The notes under the pieces were generated by a model, which made no database searches, was not told where the DNA came from, and saw nothing but the letters and a program-made list of their open reading frames with translations. Shown piece after piece: positions 7,917 through 17,209 of a stretch of DNA of 17,209 bases; position 1 is the first letter of the stretch, and each line of letters opens with the position of its first letter. This DNA comes from an uncultured Candidatus Binatia bacterium (GTDB lineage Bacteria > Desulfobacterota > Binatia > UBA9968 > JAJDTQ01). Position numbers and translations under genes: made by a program. The stretch covers positions 1-17,209 of the forward strand of contig CBDCDX010000005.1 in the NCBI GenBank assembly GCA_965215605.1. The letters are read 5' to 3'.

Positions 7917-9144
7917 ACTGTTCGCCGGGGCGGGAGGGCTGGCGATGGGCGTCGCACGGGCGGGTTTCCAACATCTTGGGATCGTCGAGGCCGATCAATG
8001 GTGTTGCGAAACCATCAACCACAACCGCCTGCGGCGGGTTTCACCCGTCGCCGATTGGCCCACCGTTACGCCCACGGACGTCAAGAAGTGCGGGTTCGAC
8101 GGGTTTCCGAGCGACATCGCCCTCGTTTCCGGCGGCCCTCCCTGTCAGCCGTTCTCGCTAGGCGGCAAGCACCGCGGCCACGCCGACGCCAGGAATCTGT
8201 TCCCCGACCTTGTTCGAGCGGTACGGGTTCTCCGCCCTCGCGCGGTCATTGTCGAGAACGTGAAGGGCCTGCTACGAAAGTCCTTTGACCCCTACTTCAA
8301 GTACATACTTCTCACGTTGACCTACCCCACATTGGTGCAACGCGCCGGCGAGGACTGGCGCGCTCACATGGCCCGCCTCGAACGGCACCACACGTCGGGC
8401 GGCGAGTTGGAGTACCGAGTCGACTTCGACGTCCTGAACGCTGCCGACCACGGTGTTCCTCAGCACCGCGAACGCGTGTTTATCGTCGCGTTCCGCGCCG
8501 ACCTGGGCGTCCAATGGTCGTTTCACGATGATCTTCCCAGCACCCACAGTCCGGATAGGTTGCTTTGGGATCAATGGGTCACCGGGGAATACTGGGATCG
8601 GCACCGGATTCCCTCTACCAAACGACCCCCCGCACCTTCGCCACGTTACGCGCGTTTGAAGGCTCTTTCGTGTTCCCTTAATCCACCGCGCAGCGAACCT
8701 TGGGTGACGGTCCGGGATGCGATTTCCGACCTTCCAGACTCGGGCTCGGAAGAGGCCCGCACCGTTCTCAACCATCGTTTCAACTCCGGTGCCAGGAGCT
8801 ATCCCGGGCATACCGGCAGTCCATGGGACCGACCCGCGAAAACGCTCAAGGCTGGCGACCATGGAGTTCCAGGCGGTGAGAACACCCTTCGGCATCCGAA
8901 CGGCCGCGTCCGATATTTCACCGTCAGGGAAGCGGCTCGCCTGCAGACCTTCCCGGATCGCTTCGAGTTTCACGGCTCTTGGACTGAGACCATGAGGCAA
9001 CTTGGGAACGCCGTGCCCGTCCAACTCTCTTTCAATGTCGCCGAGAGCGTGGCGGCGGCGTTGCGGCGGGTTGGATCACGCCCGCCGGACATACTAGGGA
9101 GGGCAACCAAGTCTCACAAGTCAGCGAGGAAGTCCATGGCCTAA
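7903..9144 (+). CDS. DNA (cytosine-5) methyltransferase
   Basis: GTG start at 7903 with GAGGA RBS, overlapping the vsr end. Motifs ELFAGAGG (I), GGPPCQPFS (IV), ENVKGL (VI), PQHRERVFIV (VIII), REAARLQTFPD (IX), QLGNAVP (X). Confidence 0.96.
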   Translation: MKSVELFAGAGGLAMGVARAGFQHLGIVEADQWCCETINHNRLRRVSPVADWPTVTPTDVKKCGFDGFPSDIALVSGGPPCQPFSLGGKHRGHADARNLFPDLVRAVRVLRPRAVIVENVKGLLRKSFDPYFKYILLTLTYPTLVQRAGEDWRAHMARLERHHTSGGELEYRVDFDVLNAADHGVPQHRERVFIVAFRADLGVQWSFHDDLPSTHSPDRLLWDQWVTGEYWDRHRIPSTKRPPAPSPRYARLKALSCSLNPPRSEPWVTVRDAISDLPDSGSEEARTVLNHRFNSGARSYPGHTGSPWDRPAKTLKAGDHGVPGGENTLRHPNGRVRYFTVREAARLQTFPDRFEFHGSWTETMRQLGNAVPVQLSFNVAESVAAALRRVGSRPPDILGRATKSHKSARKSMA

Positions 9145-9201
9145 CGTCCATTTTCTAACCCCAGGTCAGAAAAACAATCTTACAGTTTTGGAGCCTCACT
9201 C

Positions 9202-11517
9202 ATGGCAACTAACGAACTGGACCTCACCCCCGACCCGAGGATCCTGAAGATGCTGGGCGAGATCGACCTCCACCAGTGGCGGTGTTTCGCCGAACTCATC
9301 GACAACTCCATTGACGGGTTCCTTCACGCGACTCGCGCCGGTGATCCGATAGAGCACGCCGAGATCGCCGTCACCATCCCGACGGCCGACGCCGACACGG
9401 TGCGAGTCGTGGTTAAAGACAACGGACCCGGGATGTCAATTGAGACGCTCGAAAACGCGGTCAAGGCGGGATGGTCCGGCAATGACCCGCTGAGTAACCT
9501 CGGGTTGTTCGGGATGGGCTTCAACATCGCAACAGCTCGTCTTGGTCTCGTGACCGAGGTTAGGACCACTCGCGCGGGCGACCCCGAGTATGTGGGTGTC
9601 CGCATAGACTTGGACGAGCTGCGAGCGACTCGGAATTTCAGGGTTCCGCGGCGGACCCTCCCGAAGCCAGACCACGCCGATCACGGTACCGAGATTGTCA
9701 TTTCGCGCTTGAAGCCCGACCAGCGTAGGTATCTTTCGCGTTCGAACAACCGCACGACGATCCGCAAACACCTGGCGCGGACGTATTCTTCGCTGCTCGT
9801 CGATTCGGTTGCCGGCGGGATCAAGCTCACTCTCAATGGCACTCGTGTCTCGCCGCGACGCCACTGCGTGTGGGACGGGTCGCGTTCCGTCGAATTGCCG
9901 GACAGAACCAAGGTCGAGGCGGTTCAGTGTATCAACGTGCCGCTCGCGCCTCGACGCTATTGCACTTATTGCATGCGCACACTGACGAACAACGAAGAGA
10001 CCTGCCCCACCGCGAGTTCAAGCTGCAATGTCGAGGAGGCCTCGAGGCAAATAACGGGCTGGGTCGGGATCCAAAGATACCTGCACAACACGGAGTTCGG
10101 GATCGACTTCGTTCGAAACGGTCGCAAGATCGAAATCGCAAACAAGGATTTGTTCGTTTGGAGCGATGGTGACACCGCGGAGGTCGAGTACCCCATCGAC
10201 GACCCACGCAACCGCGGCCGCTTTGTCGGCGAGATACATATCGATCATTGCAGAGTCAGCTATACCAAGGATCGGTTTGAGCGCGATGATCCGTCATGGA
10301 GCGAAATGGTCCGGGTGGTTCGGGGAGATGGGCCTCTTCGTCCAGTCGTGGCAGGTCAACGCGGCTACGAGGGCAATGAAAGTCCCCTGTTCCAACTCTT
10401 TCAGGCCTTTCGGCGGTCCAGCCCGCAGGGCAAGAACGGCTTGTGGTCAAGGGTTTTGGTGGTCAAGGACAACGATCGCGCGCAACAAATGGCCGACGCT
10501 TTCGCGAACGAAGACCCCGAATACTTGACCGACCAGCGATGGTGGGATCTCATCGAGGAACAGGACAAGGAGCTCCTCCGCGACACTGACCCGGGCGCTC
10601 CATCCGTGATTCCGGGCGGTTTCCTGGATGACCCCGACGACGAACCCGGAGGCGGCGAAACCGACCCACCGGAACCTCCACCCCCACCGCCGCATCCTCC
10701 CCGGCGCGCATTGCACGAGCTGACCAGGAAGTACGTGCACCCGACGTTTCGCGTCGAGTACGACATCCAGGCGTTCGCGGTTCAACGCAACGATTCTGAG
10801 TTGGTCGCGGGCGTGCCATGGGTGTTTCAACTGGACGATGTGGCCACGCGGACCTACGCGTTATTGGTGGACTTGGAGAACGAGGTGTTTCGCTCGACCA
10901 CCATGACGCCACTCGACGGCTTGTTGGCGGAACTCGCTCATAGGACTGTTGACTTTCTCAAAGGACAAGCCCAGGACGTTACCCTCGCGGGCGTGCTCGC
11001 GGACTTTCGCAAACAGTACTGTGTCGACACGCGCCTTGACCCCCAGGAGATCATCGCGTTCGCGACCGCAGTGCTGGACGAGATCGGTCGCGCCATACCC
11101 GACCTCCTCGCACCGGGACAAGGTGTCGAGCTTTACGCCGAACTCACGGAGGCCGAGAGGAACGCCGTCGCGCAACGAATGGCCAACCGAAACGTGGGAA
11201 ACCCCAATGAGACCATAGCCGACGGACGCTTCTGGGCATACGCCGAGTTCCAGTCCCTGAGAGGGCTATTCACGCGTCATCCCGAGCTGTTTCTCGATGG
11301 AAAGTACTGGGAGGACGCCTACGAGACGCTAGACTACGGGACCCCCCGGGTCACCGCCGATGCGAGAGTGAGTGTGGTCTCGCGATACGACGCGTATCTG
11401 GGCGACGCCGTCTGGATCGCAAATCAGACACCAGCGGATCTCGAAAGTACGAGCCGTGACACCATCATTCGCGCAACTTGTTCCCTGCGGCTATTGGGAT
11501 CCGACGTGGCCGGCTAA
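9202..11517 (+). CDS. GHKL (MORC/MutL-like, HATPase_c_3) ATPase with large C-terminal region
   Basis: 771 aa. AELIDNSIDG, DNGPGM, LGLFGMGF, HGTEIVI; S5-like GIDFVRNGRKI...GRFVGEIHID; CxxC...C...C insert; acidic/Pro-rich linker. Confidence 0.9.
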   Translation: MATNELDLTPDPRILKMLGEIDLHQWRCFAELIDNSIDGFLHATRAGDPIEHAEIAVTIPTADADTVRVVVKDNGPGMSIETLENAVKAGWSGNDPLSNLGLFGMGFNIATARLGLVTEVRTTRAGDPEYVGVRIDLDELRATRNFRVPRRTLPKPDHADHGTEIVISRLKPDQRRYLSRSNNRTTIRKHLARTYSSLLVDSVAGGIKLTLNGTRVSPRRHCVWDGSRSVELPDRTKVEAVQCINVPLAPRRYCTYCMRTLTNNEETCPTASSSCNVEEASRQITGWVGIQRYLHNTEFGIDFVRNGRKIEIANKDLFVWSDGDTAEVEYPIDDPRNRGRFVGEIHIDHCRVSYTKDRFERDDPSWSEMVRVVRGDGPLRPVVAGQRGYEGNESPLFQLFQAFRRSSPQGKNGLWSRVLVVKDNDRAQQMADAFANEDPEYLTDQRWWDLIEEQDKELLRDTDPGAPSVIPGGFLDDPDDEPGGGETDPPEPPPPPPHPPRRALHELTRKYVHPTFRVEYDIQAFAVQRNDSELVAGVPWVFQLDDVATRTYALLVDLENEVFRSTTMTPLDGLLAELAHRTVDFLKGQAQDVTLAGVLADFRKQYCVDTRLDPQEIIAFATAVLDEIGRAIPDLLAPGQGVELYAELTEAERNAVAQRMANRNVGNPNETIADGRFWAYAEFQSLRGLFTRHPELFLDGKYWEDAYETLDYGTPRVTADARVSVVSRYDAYLGDAVWIANQTPADLESTSRDTIIRATCSLRLLGSDVAG

Positions 11518-13192
11518 ATGCGGGAGCCCTTCCTCGATACGCGTCGACTTCTGAGAGGTCCTTGGCAAGCGTTCGAACGCGACGTCGCACGCCTCCTCGT
11601 TTACAACGGTTTTGACGACGTCCGCGTTGTGGGCGGTGCCGGCGACCGGGGAGCCGATGTCCTCGGCGTCAAGAAGGGCGAGCTTTGGGTCATCCAGTGC
11701 AAGTACACATCGTGCGGCTACCCGCCTCCTTCAGCCGTTAACGAGGTCGGGGAGGCCGCCCGATTCTACGGAGCCGATCGGATCTTCGTGGCATCGTCCC
11801 GACCTATCGGCCCCGGCACTCGAGACGCGATACAACGCTGGCGCGCCCTGGGAATGAAGATTGAAACCTTACAACCCAACACCCTTTTGGATATTGTGGC
11901 ACGCAGCCCCGAATATCCTCCGTGCCGCCGCGATCTCAGAGACTATCAGGAGGACGCGGTGGCCAATTTCGTGGCTGCACTCCGAGAGACTGGACGCGGT
12001 CAAGTCGTCCTGGCCACGGGTCTTGGCAAGACGGTGGTCCTCGCGGAAGCGGTGGCGCAGCTATTCCGTGACGAAGCCGTCCGTCACGGTCGAGCGCTTG
12101 TGCTCGCCGGCACGAGAGAGCTCGTCGACCAACTGCACCGTGCCTTTTGGGACCAGATCCCGAAATGGATAGCAACCCACGGTTTGATCGGCGGCGAGAC
12201 GCCGTCCCACTGGGATGGTATTACCTTCGCCACCGTGCAAAGCGTGGCTTCGCGCATCGACGAGCTTCCCGAATTCGGAGTTGTTCTCATAGATGAGGCG
12301 CACCACGTAGGCTCGGAAACGTTCAGACGTGTCACTGACCATCTATCCAGCGCAATGATTGGTGGAGTCACCGCCACCCCGTGGCGCGGTGATCGCTACG
12401 ACATCGACTATCTCCTAGGCCCGCCCGTGATTAGGATAGGCATTGCTGAGGGACTTCGACGGGGTTTCCTCTGCGAGGCCGACTACCGCATGCTGGTCGA
12501 CAATATAGACTGGGAGTTGGTCAGGTCCCGCTCGCGCAACAGCTATTCCATCTCCCAGTTGAATACACTGCTGCTCCTCCCGACTCGGGACGAAGAGGCG
12601 GCCAAAACAGTCCGAGAGACCTTCGATACCGATAAACGCCGCGCGGCCATCGCCTTTTGCTCGTCCATCACACATGCGAAGAGCTTCGCCGCCACGTTAC
12701 GCCTTTTCGGTTTTCGGGCCCGATCGATCACCAGCGACATGGAGGCAAGAGAGCGTGATCAAACCATGGCTTCCTTTCGAAGGGGTACGTTGGAGGTCGT
12801 GACGACGCGCGATTTGTTCAATGAGGGCGTCGACGTTCCCGACGTTGACATGATTGTGTTTATGCGGGTTACACATAGTCGGCGGATTTTTGTGCAACAA
12901 CTCGGTCGGGGACTCCGAGTGACTCCCAGAAAGGACAAGGTGATTGTGCTGGACTTTGTCAGTGATCTCCGACGCATCGCGGAGGTGATAGAGCTGGAAA
13001 AAGCGTCCCGCAGCGACATTGAGAGGCTCCGTATTCCAGGAATCATACAGTTCCGAGACGAGGGCGCTGGCAGCTTTATGCTTGACTGGATGCGAGATCA
13101 AGCAGATCTATTCAACCGTGAGGGGGACCCGCATCTCGAACTTCCCGTCTTCGGGGTACCGCCGCCGGAGCAACAAGGGTTCGATGCAATGA
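11518..13192 (+). CDS. Mrr-like restriction endonuclease fused to SF2 (ResIII/DEAH) helicase
   Basis: N-terminal WQAFERDVARLL...GDRGADV...IQCKY. Helicase motifs LATGLGKT, IDEAHH, GVTATP, LFNEGVDVP, QQLGRGLR. TAAATG coupling to the ATPase gene. The ORF track runs to 13569, but the real end is probably TGA 13190-13192 after a 1-nt indel near 13178. Confidence 0.9.
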
Positions 13193-13786
13193 TGCGTCTC
13201 GGTGAATGCTGTCGCGACGAGATTAAGACTCGACTCTGGGCCACGGCGGGGCACCCTCGGTACTGGTCAACGTTGTCGGACTTCCTGCGGTTCGCCGCGA
13301 ACTACTATGGGGTCTGGACACGCGACTCGGGCATTGCCGGCCAACTTGGCCGAGCTTCATGGATCCAAGGGCAAGGTACGAGCGGCCGATCAAGGCTACA
13401 CCCGCAACAAGCTTCTTCGAACGGCCGCGGAGTGTCGCTTCAACGACGAAGATCTCAACGAGCAGGCGTCTTTTGTGGCTCCGAGAGAACAGGACCAACG
13501 TGCAGCCGGCTACGGCAAACCACATGGTCGAGCGGTCCGGTCGGATCGCTTTGCAGAATCGTATGCTGAGCAACAGAGCGCTGCTGCCCTTGGCGAGTTG
13601 ATCCGTACATGACGGCATTTGAACGCCAGGCTCACGCCCAACCGGGACCCGAGCGCCCCCTGCTCCGTTCACCCTGGAGGTCGAGCGCCGCCCGCTGAGC
13701 GTCTATGCGGAGCACCGGTGTCAGCTTGTCAGGGCCGAGGCAGGCAAGCGCTTGGCGAATTCAGAAACTCGGCATGGCGGGAGTAA
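13189..13786 (+). pseudogene. Multiply frameshifted hypothetical gene coupled to the helicase
   Basis: Protein-like blocks in alternating frames: RDEIKTRLWATA, WSTLSD, YYGVWTRDSGIAGQLG, FMDPR, YGKPHGR, MTAFER, AWRE* (TAA 13784-13786). ATGA overlap at 13189-13192. Confidence 0.55.
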
Positions 13787-13813
13787 TGCCTCGGTGAGAC
13801 CTCAAGAGATATC

Positions 13814-14205
13814 ATGACATGTTATGAGTGGATTCCCTGAAGAGGCTTCAGATACATGGGATACGGCGTCATATTCGTTCCGGACGCCAACATCCTACTC
13901 CACCGACTGCGTCATTCTGGACACCAACGTGCGTGAACAGCTGCTACCACTCGGCAAGGCGCTGTCTAAACGACTCGACTTGGACTTCTCCTATCAAGTT
14001 TGGCGTCGTTGATCCATCGAAACCTCCAGGATGTCGAGGGCCGGCGATCTCGAGACGCTTCCGATCCGTGTCACCGACCTGCTGCACGGCCGTATTTGAG
14101 CAAACTTTTTTTCCCACGCGCTGCACGGTCCGCGCGACAATACCCTCATTCACCCGGAGCGGGAACTCGCGACACGCGGGTGGTGGTGACCCGTTGATTT
14201 TCAGG
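13814..14205 (+). pseudogene. Degenerate PIN-like domain gene
   Basis: Frameshifted blocks in the expected order: EEASDTWD, IFVPDANILLH, VREQLL...LSKRL, YQVGV..HRNLQDV, DLLHGRI, GDPLIF. This resembles the D(A/T)N.LL...HQV..E..RN...GD.IIW pattern of PIN-like proteins. Confidence 0.5.
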
Positions 14206-14234
14206 CCCGCATGCAAGCTTTTCTGAATGCATGC

Positions 14235-15030
14235 ATGGGCGCATCGACTACAAGGCCCCGGTGCTCATCGCAGGCCGATGACCGGCAGCTCGCAGGAGGT
14301 GGTGCGGCAGGCTGGAGAACCCAAGGGGGTCGAGCCGTTGGCGCCGCGAAGCCTGACTTGAGGTCCAGGTCGCCGGGGACGCATCGACTACAAGGCCGTC
14401 GGCTCCCGGCTGATCGCAAGCCGATGACCATGTGAGCAGATCGAGCGATGTGGTGGCAGTTCCTGGGCGGGTACGAGCGCACGGGTACGACCATCGGTCA
14501 ACGCCAAGTTCGTGCCCCGGATCGCTTCGTACGTGCGCAATCTCGACCCAACGACGGGTTTGCTCCAGGTCGGAGCCCAAAGGACGTGGCGCCGCTCCTG
14601 GGCCCGGTGGTCTACGGCCTCGGCGGCACCGAGCCCACGGTGTGCGACGCCGAGGTGGCCCTGGGGTATCTGAAGCTGGACTATTTTCTGGGCGGCCATC
14701 TCTCTCTGGACAAGGCGCCATGGCCGCTATCGGGGGGGGCGGATCGCCAAGCCTTGGGCATGAGCGTGACGGACGCCGCAGGAGGGATCTTCCGTGCTAT
14801 ACACGCCCACATGAACGATCTCATCCGCCACGGTTGAGCGCGGGCACGATCCACGGGAGTTCACCATGGTGGCCATGGGTGGTTCCACGCACACGGCGCG
14901 CTGTGCGCTCCAGCTCGGCGTGCACAAGGGGGTGGTCCCTGTGACGGCATCGGTCCACGCGGCCACCGGCCTGATCTCCGCGGACGTGACCTACGAGTAC
15001 GGCATGTCCGACCATGTGGTGGCGCCGCGG
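14235..15030 (+). pseudogene. Hydantoinase A/oxoprolinase-family fragment
   Basis: GPVVYGLGGTEPTVCDAEVALGYL..DYFLGG.LSLD, LGMSVTDAAGGIF, FTMVAMGG, VVPVTASVHAATGLISADV; several frameshifts, both ends missing. Confidence 0.8.
14241..14429 (+). repeat. Imperfect direct repeat with exact 17-nt core GCATCGACTACAAGGCC
   Basis: Core at 14241-14257 and 14381-14397, each followed shortly by ATCGCA(G/A)GCCGATGACC. Confidence 0.75.
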
Positions 15031-15111
15031 ACCCGGACCGCCTCAACGCCGGGTTCGAAGCGCTCCGTGCCCGAATCCGGCAGCAGCGTTAGCGAGGAGG
15101 ATGACAGTCCG

Positions 15112-15363
15112 ATGAAGCGACCGTTCAGAGAGAACCTTGAGTTGGACCTGGATTCGGCGCCGTCGCGGGTCCTGTGCGCTCGGTGCGGCTTCGTGTTCGG
15201 CGGAGAGGCCGACTGGAAGCGGCGCAGCCGCCGGAAGCTGTCGCCCCCCACCGCGGCCGGTCCGCTCATGAAGGACCTGGAAGGCCAGTTCCTCCTGGAG
15301 CAACTATTCTGTCCCTCCTGCAAGACCCTGCTCGATTCGGAGATCGTGGAGGCGTCGAGCTGA
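15112..15363 (+). CDS. Acetone carboxylase gamma-subunit-like Zn-binding protein
   Basis: 83 aa with CARCG and FCPSCKTLLDSE; GAGGAGG upstream; adjacent to the hydantoinase-family remnant. Confidence 0.7.
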   Translation: MKRPFRENLELDLDSAPSRVLCARCGFVFGGEADWKRRSRRKLSPPTAAGPLMKDLEGQFLLEQLFCPSCKTLLDSEIVEASS

Positions 15364-15612
15364 CGCCCCGCCGGTCGCCGAACCGCTGCCGCCGCGCTTG
15401 CATCCGATATCGTTTTGCGTATATTCCAATCCTTTGTTATTATTCTACGCGGTATGCTTCCACAGTAATCGATTTGGTTGTCGTCGTGACTTGAACAGCG
15501 AGCTACGCCCCTCCTTTTGGTGTTCGAGAGGCAAGTGCGGGGTTGCTTCAAGGCCCGCTGCCCGTTGCGGTTGTGTCCTGGTGGACGGAACAACGGTTCT
15601 GATTCAACAGGG

Positions 15613-15654
15613 ATTTCCAGGGATAAGGTAACAATTTCCAGGGATGACGTAACA
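15613..15654 (+). repeat. Tandem 21-bp direct repeat immediately upstream of the Fic gene
   Basis: ATTTCCAGGGATAAGGTAACA (15613-15633) and ATTTCCAGGGATGACGTAACA (15634-15654), 19/21 identical. Confidence 0.85.
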
Positions 15655-15656
15655 GT

Positions 15657-17197
15657 TTGGTGGCGGATGTGACTCTTCAGAATAGTTTTACCGGTCCTGT
15701 TAGCATATTTCAGGAACGGCGGCTTCCCGTTTCCGCCACCCCGGCCGGCTACGCGGCTTTGATCAGGGGTTACGGTCTGCGCGTGCCGCTCCCTCGCATC
15801 CTGTGCGCCGTGGCAGACCGGTCGATTCGCATGGAAGAACGCGGATGGCGCATTTTCCCACCGCGCTACGCTCCCGATGCCACCCTGGAAGACCACCTGA
15901 CCTTCGCCCTCAAATACGAAGGGCTCGACCTGGCCGTCCTCAAGCGCCTGTTCGTCGCGACCGGTCCCGGCCCGGTCCAGGCATTGGTCAGGGCAACGCC
16001 CACGGGGTCCTACGCGCGGCGCGTCTGGTTCCTCTATGAATGGCTCACAGGAGAACGGTTGGCTTTGCCGGACGCCGATCGCGGGGCCTATCCCCACGTC
16101 GTCAATCCGGCCCAACAATACGCGGGACGGGGCGAAATCTCTTCCCGGCACCGGGTGAAGAACAATCTGCCGGGAACTCCGGATTTCTGTCCGCTGGTGT
16201 TTCGGACCGAGGCGCTGGAAGCGTTCGTAGGCATGGACCTGCAGGCCTGCGCCCGGCAAGCGGCAGCGGCGGTACCCCGCGATCTGCTGACACGGACCGC
16301 CGCTTTCCTCTTGCTGAAGGACTCCAGGTCCAGCTTTGCCATCGAAGGCGAGCGCCCGCGCCAGGACCGCATTCAGCGATGGGGCCGCGCCATCGCCCGG
16401 GCCGGCAGGCAGCCCATCGATCTCGACGAGCTGCTGCGCCTGCAGCGGATCATCATCGCCGATTTCCGGTTCCTGCGTCCCGGCCTCAGGACCGAGGGCG
16501 GCTTCGTCGGCGCGCACGATCGTGACACGCGCATGCCGATACCGGACCACATCAGCGCCCGGGCCGGCGATCTGGCGCGGTTCGTGGACGGCATGATCGC
16601 GTTCGACAAGGAGGCCGCGCCGCACCTCGATCCGGTGGTGGCCGCGTCCGCGCTCGCGTTCGGGTTCGTCTTCGTGCAGCCCTTCGAGGACGGCAACGGC
16701 AGGCTGCATCGGTACCTGATTCACCATGTCCTGGCCGAGCGTGGATTCAACCCGCCCGGCGTCGTCTTCCCGGTCTCGGCGGTGATCCTGGACCGGATGG
16801 ACGGTTACCGCGCGGCGCTCGAAGACTATTCCCGGAGACTGTTGCCCGCCGTGGACTGGGAGCCCACCGGCGACGGCAATGTCCGCGTGCTCAACGACAC
16901 CGCCGATTTCTACCGGTTCTTCGATGCGACGCCTCAGACGGAGTTTCTGTACGGGTGCGTGCGGAGGACCGTCGAGCAGGACCTGCCGGAAGAGGCGGCC
17001 TTCCTGAAACGGTACGATGCGTTCCGGTCCAGGTTGGACATCATGTTCGATATGCCGGACCGTCTCGCTGATCTCCTCTTCCACCTCCTGCAACAGAACG
17101 CCGGGAGGACGAGTTCGCCGCGCTGAGCGACGAAGAGGTGGAGCGGGTTGAGGCGGCCTACCGCGAGGCTTTCGGAAAGGGCGAGCGCCGGGACTGA
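15657..17197 (+). CDS. Fic-family protein with variant motif and C-terminal frameshift
   Basis: FVQPFEDGNGRLHR motif, SSFAIEGE helix. The ORF stops at 17126, but a protein-like tail EFAALSDEEVERVEAAYREAF...* continues in another frame to TGA 17195-17197. Start uncertain (15657/15660/15669). Confidence 0.9.
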
Positions 17198-17209
17198 AAA
17201 CCGGCCACC

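Noticed and set aside
7494-13786. Assignment to DISARM class II, BREX or type III R-M
   Set aside because: No DUF1998 (DrmB), PLD, PglZ or adenine Mod genes are recognisable, and a GHKL ATPase is not part of those systems.
15613-15654. CRISPR array or iteron origin
   Set aside because: Only two abutting copies, no spacers, and no cas or rep gene.
14991-17093. 700-aa minus-strand ORF
   Set aside because: Antisense shadow of the Fic gene in GC-rich DNA; no recognisable motifs.
1-17209. Integrase, transposase or att sites delimiting the island
   Set aside because: None recognisable in the window; island status is inferred from gene content only.

Overview
GC-rich bacterial accessory region, bounded by the 3' end of a probable MFS transporter and by a Fic gene, with three blocks. 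(1) A compact RiPP-like cluster: an NHLP (proteusin-type) precursor with the 7-residue core IGDINTW, a decayed duplicate of that precursor, a flavin-dependent tryptophan-halogenase-family enzyme, and a translationally coupled CmcJ/NvfI-like Fe(II)/2-oxoglutarate oxygenase. (2) A toxin-antitoxin/defence island: an NYN RNase gene with a 1-nt frameshift behind a near-consensus promoter and a ~60-nt terminator-ended leader RNA, an orphan HigA, HicAB, and a 5'-truncated gene. These are followed by an R-M-like operon: RHH pseudogene, vsr, C5-cytosine methyltransferase, GHKL/MORC ATPase, Mrr-like nuclease-SF2 helicase, a broken hypothetical gene and a broken PIN-like gene. (3) Hydantoinase/oxoprolinase fragments, an acetone-carboxylase-gamma-like gene and a Fic gene with a His->Gln motif change. 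Many small genes carry indels, either from decay or from sequence error. All family calls come from motif recognition by eye, not database searches.
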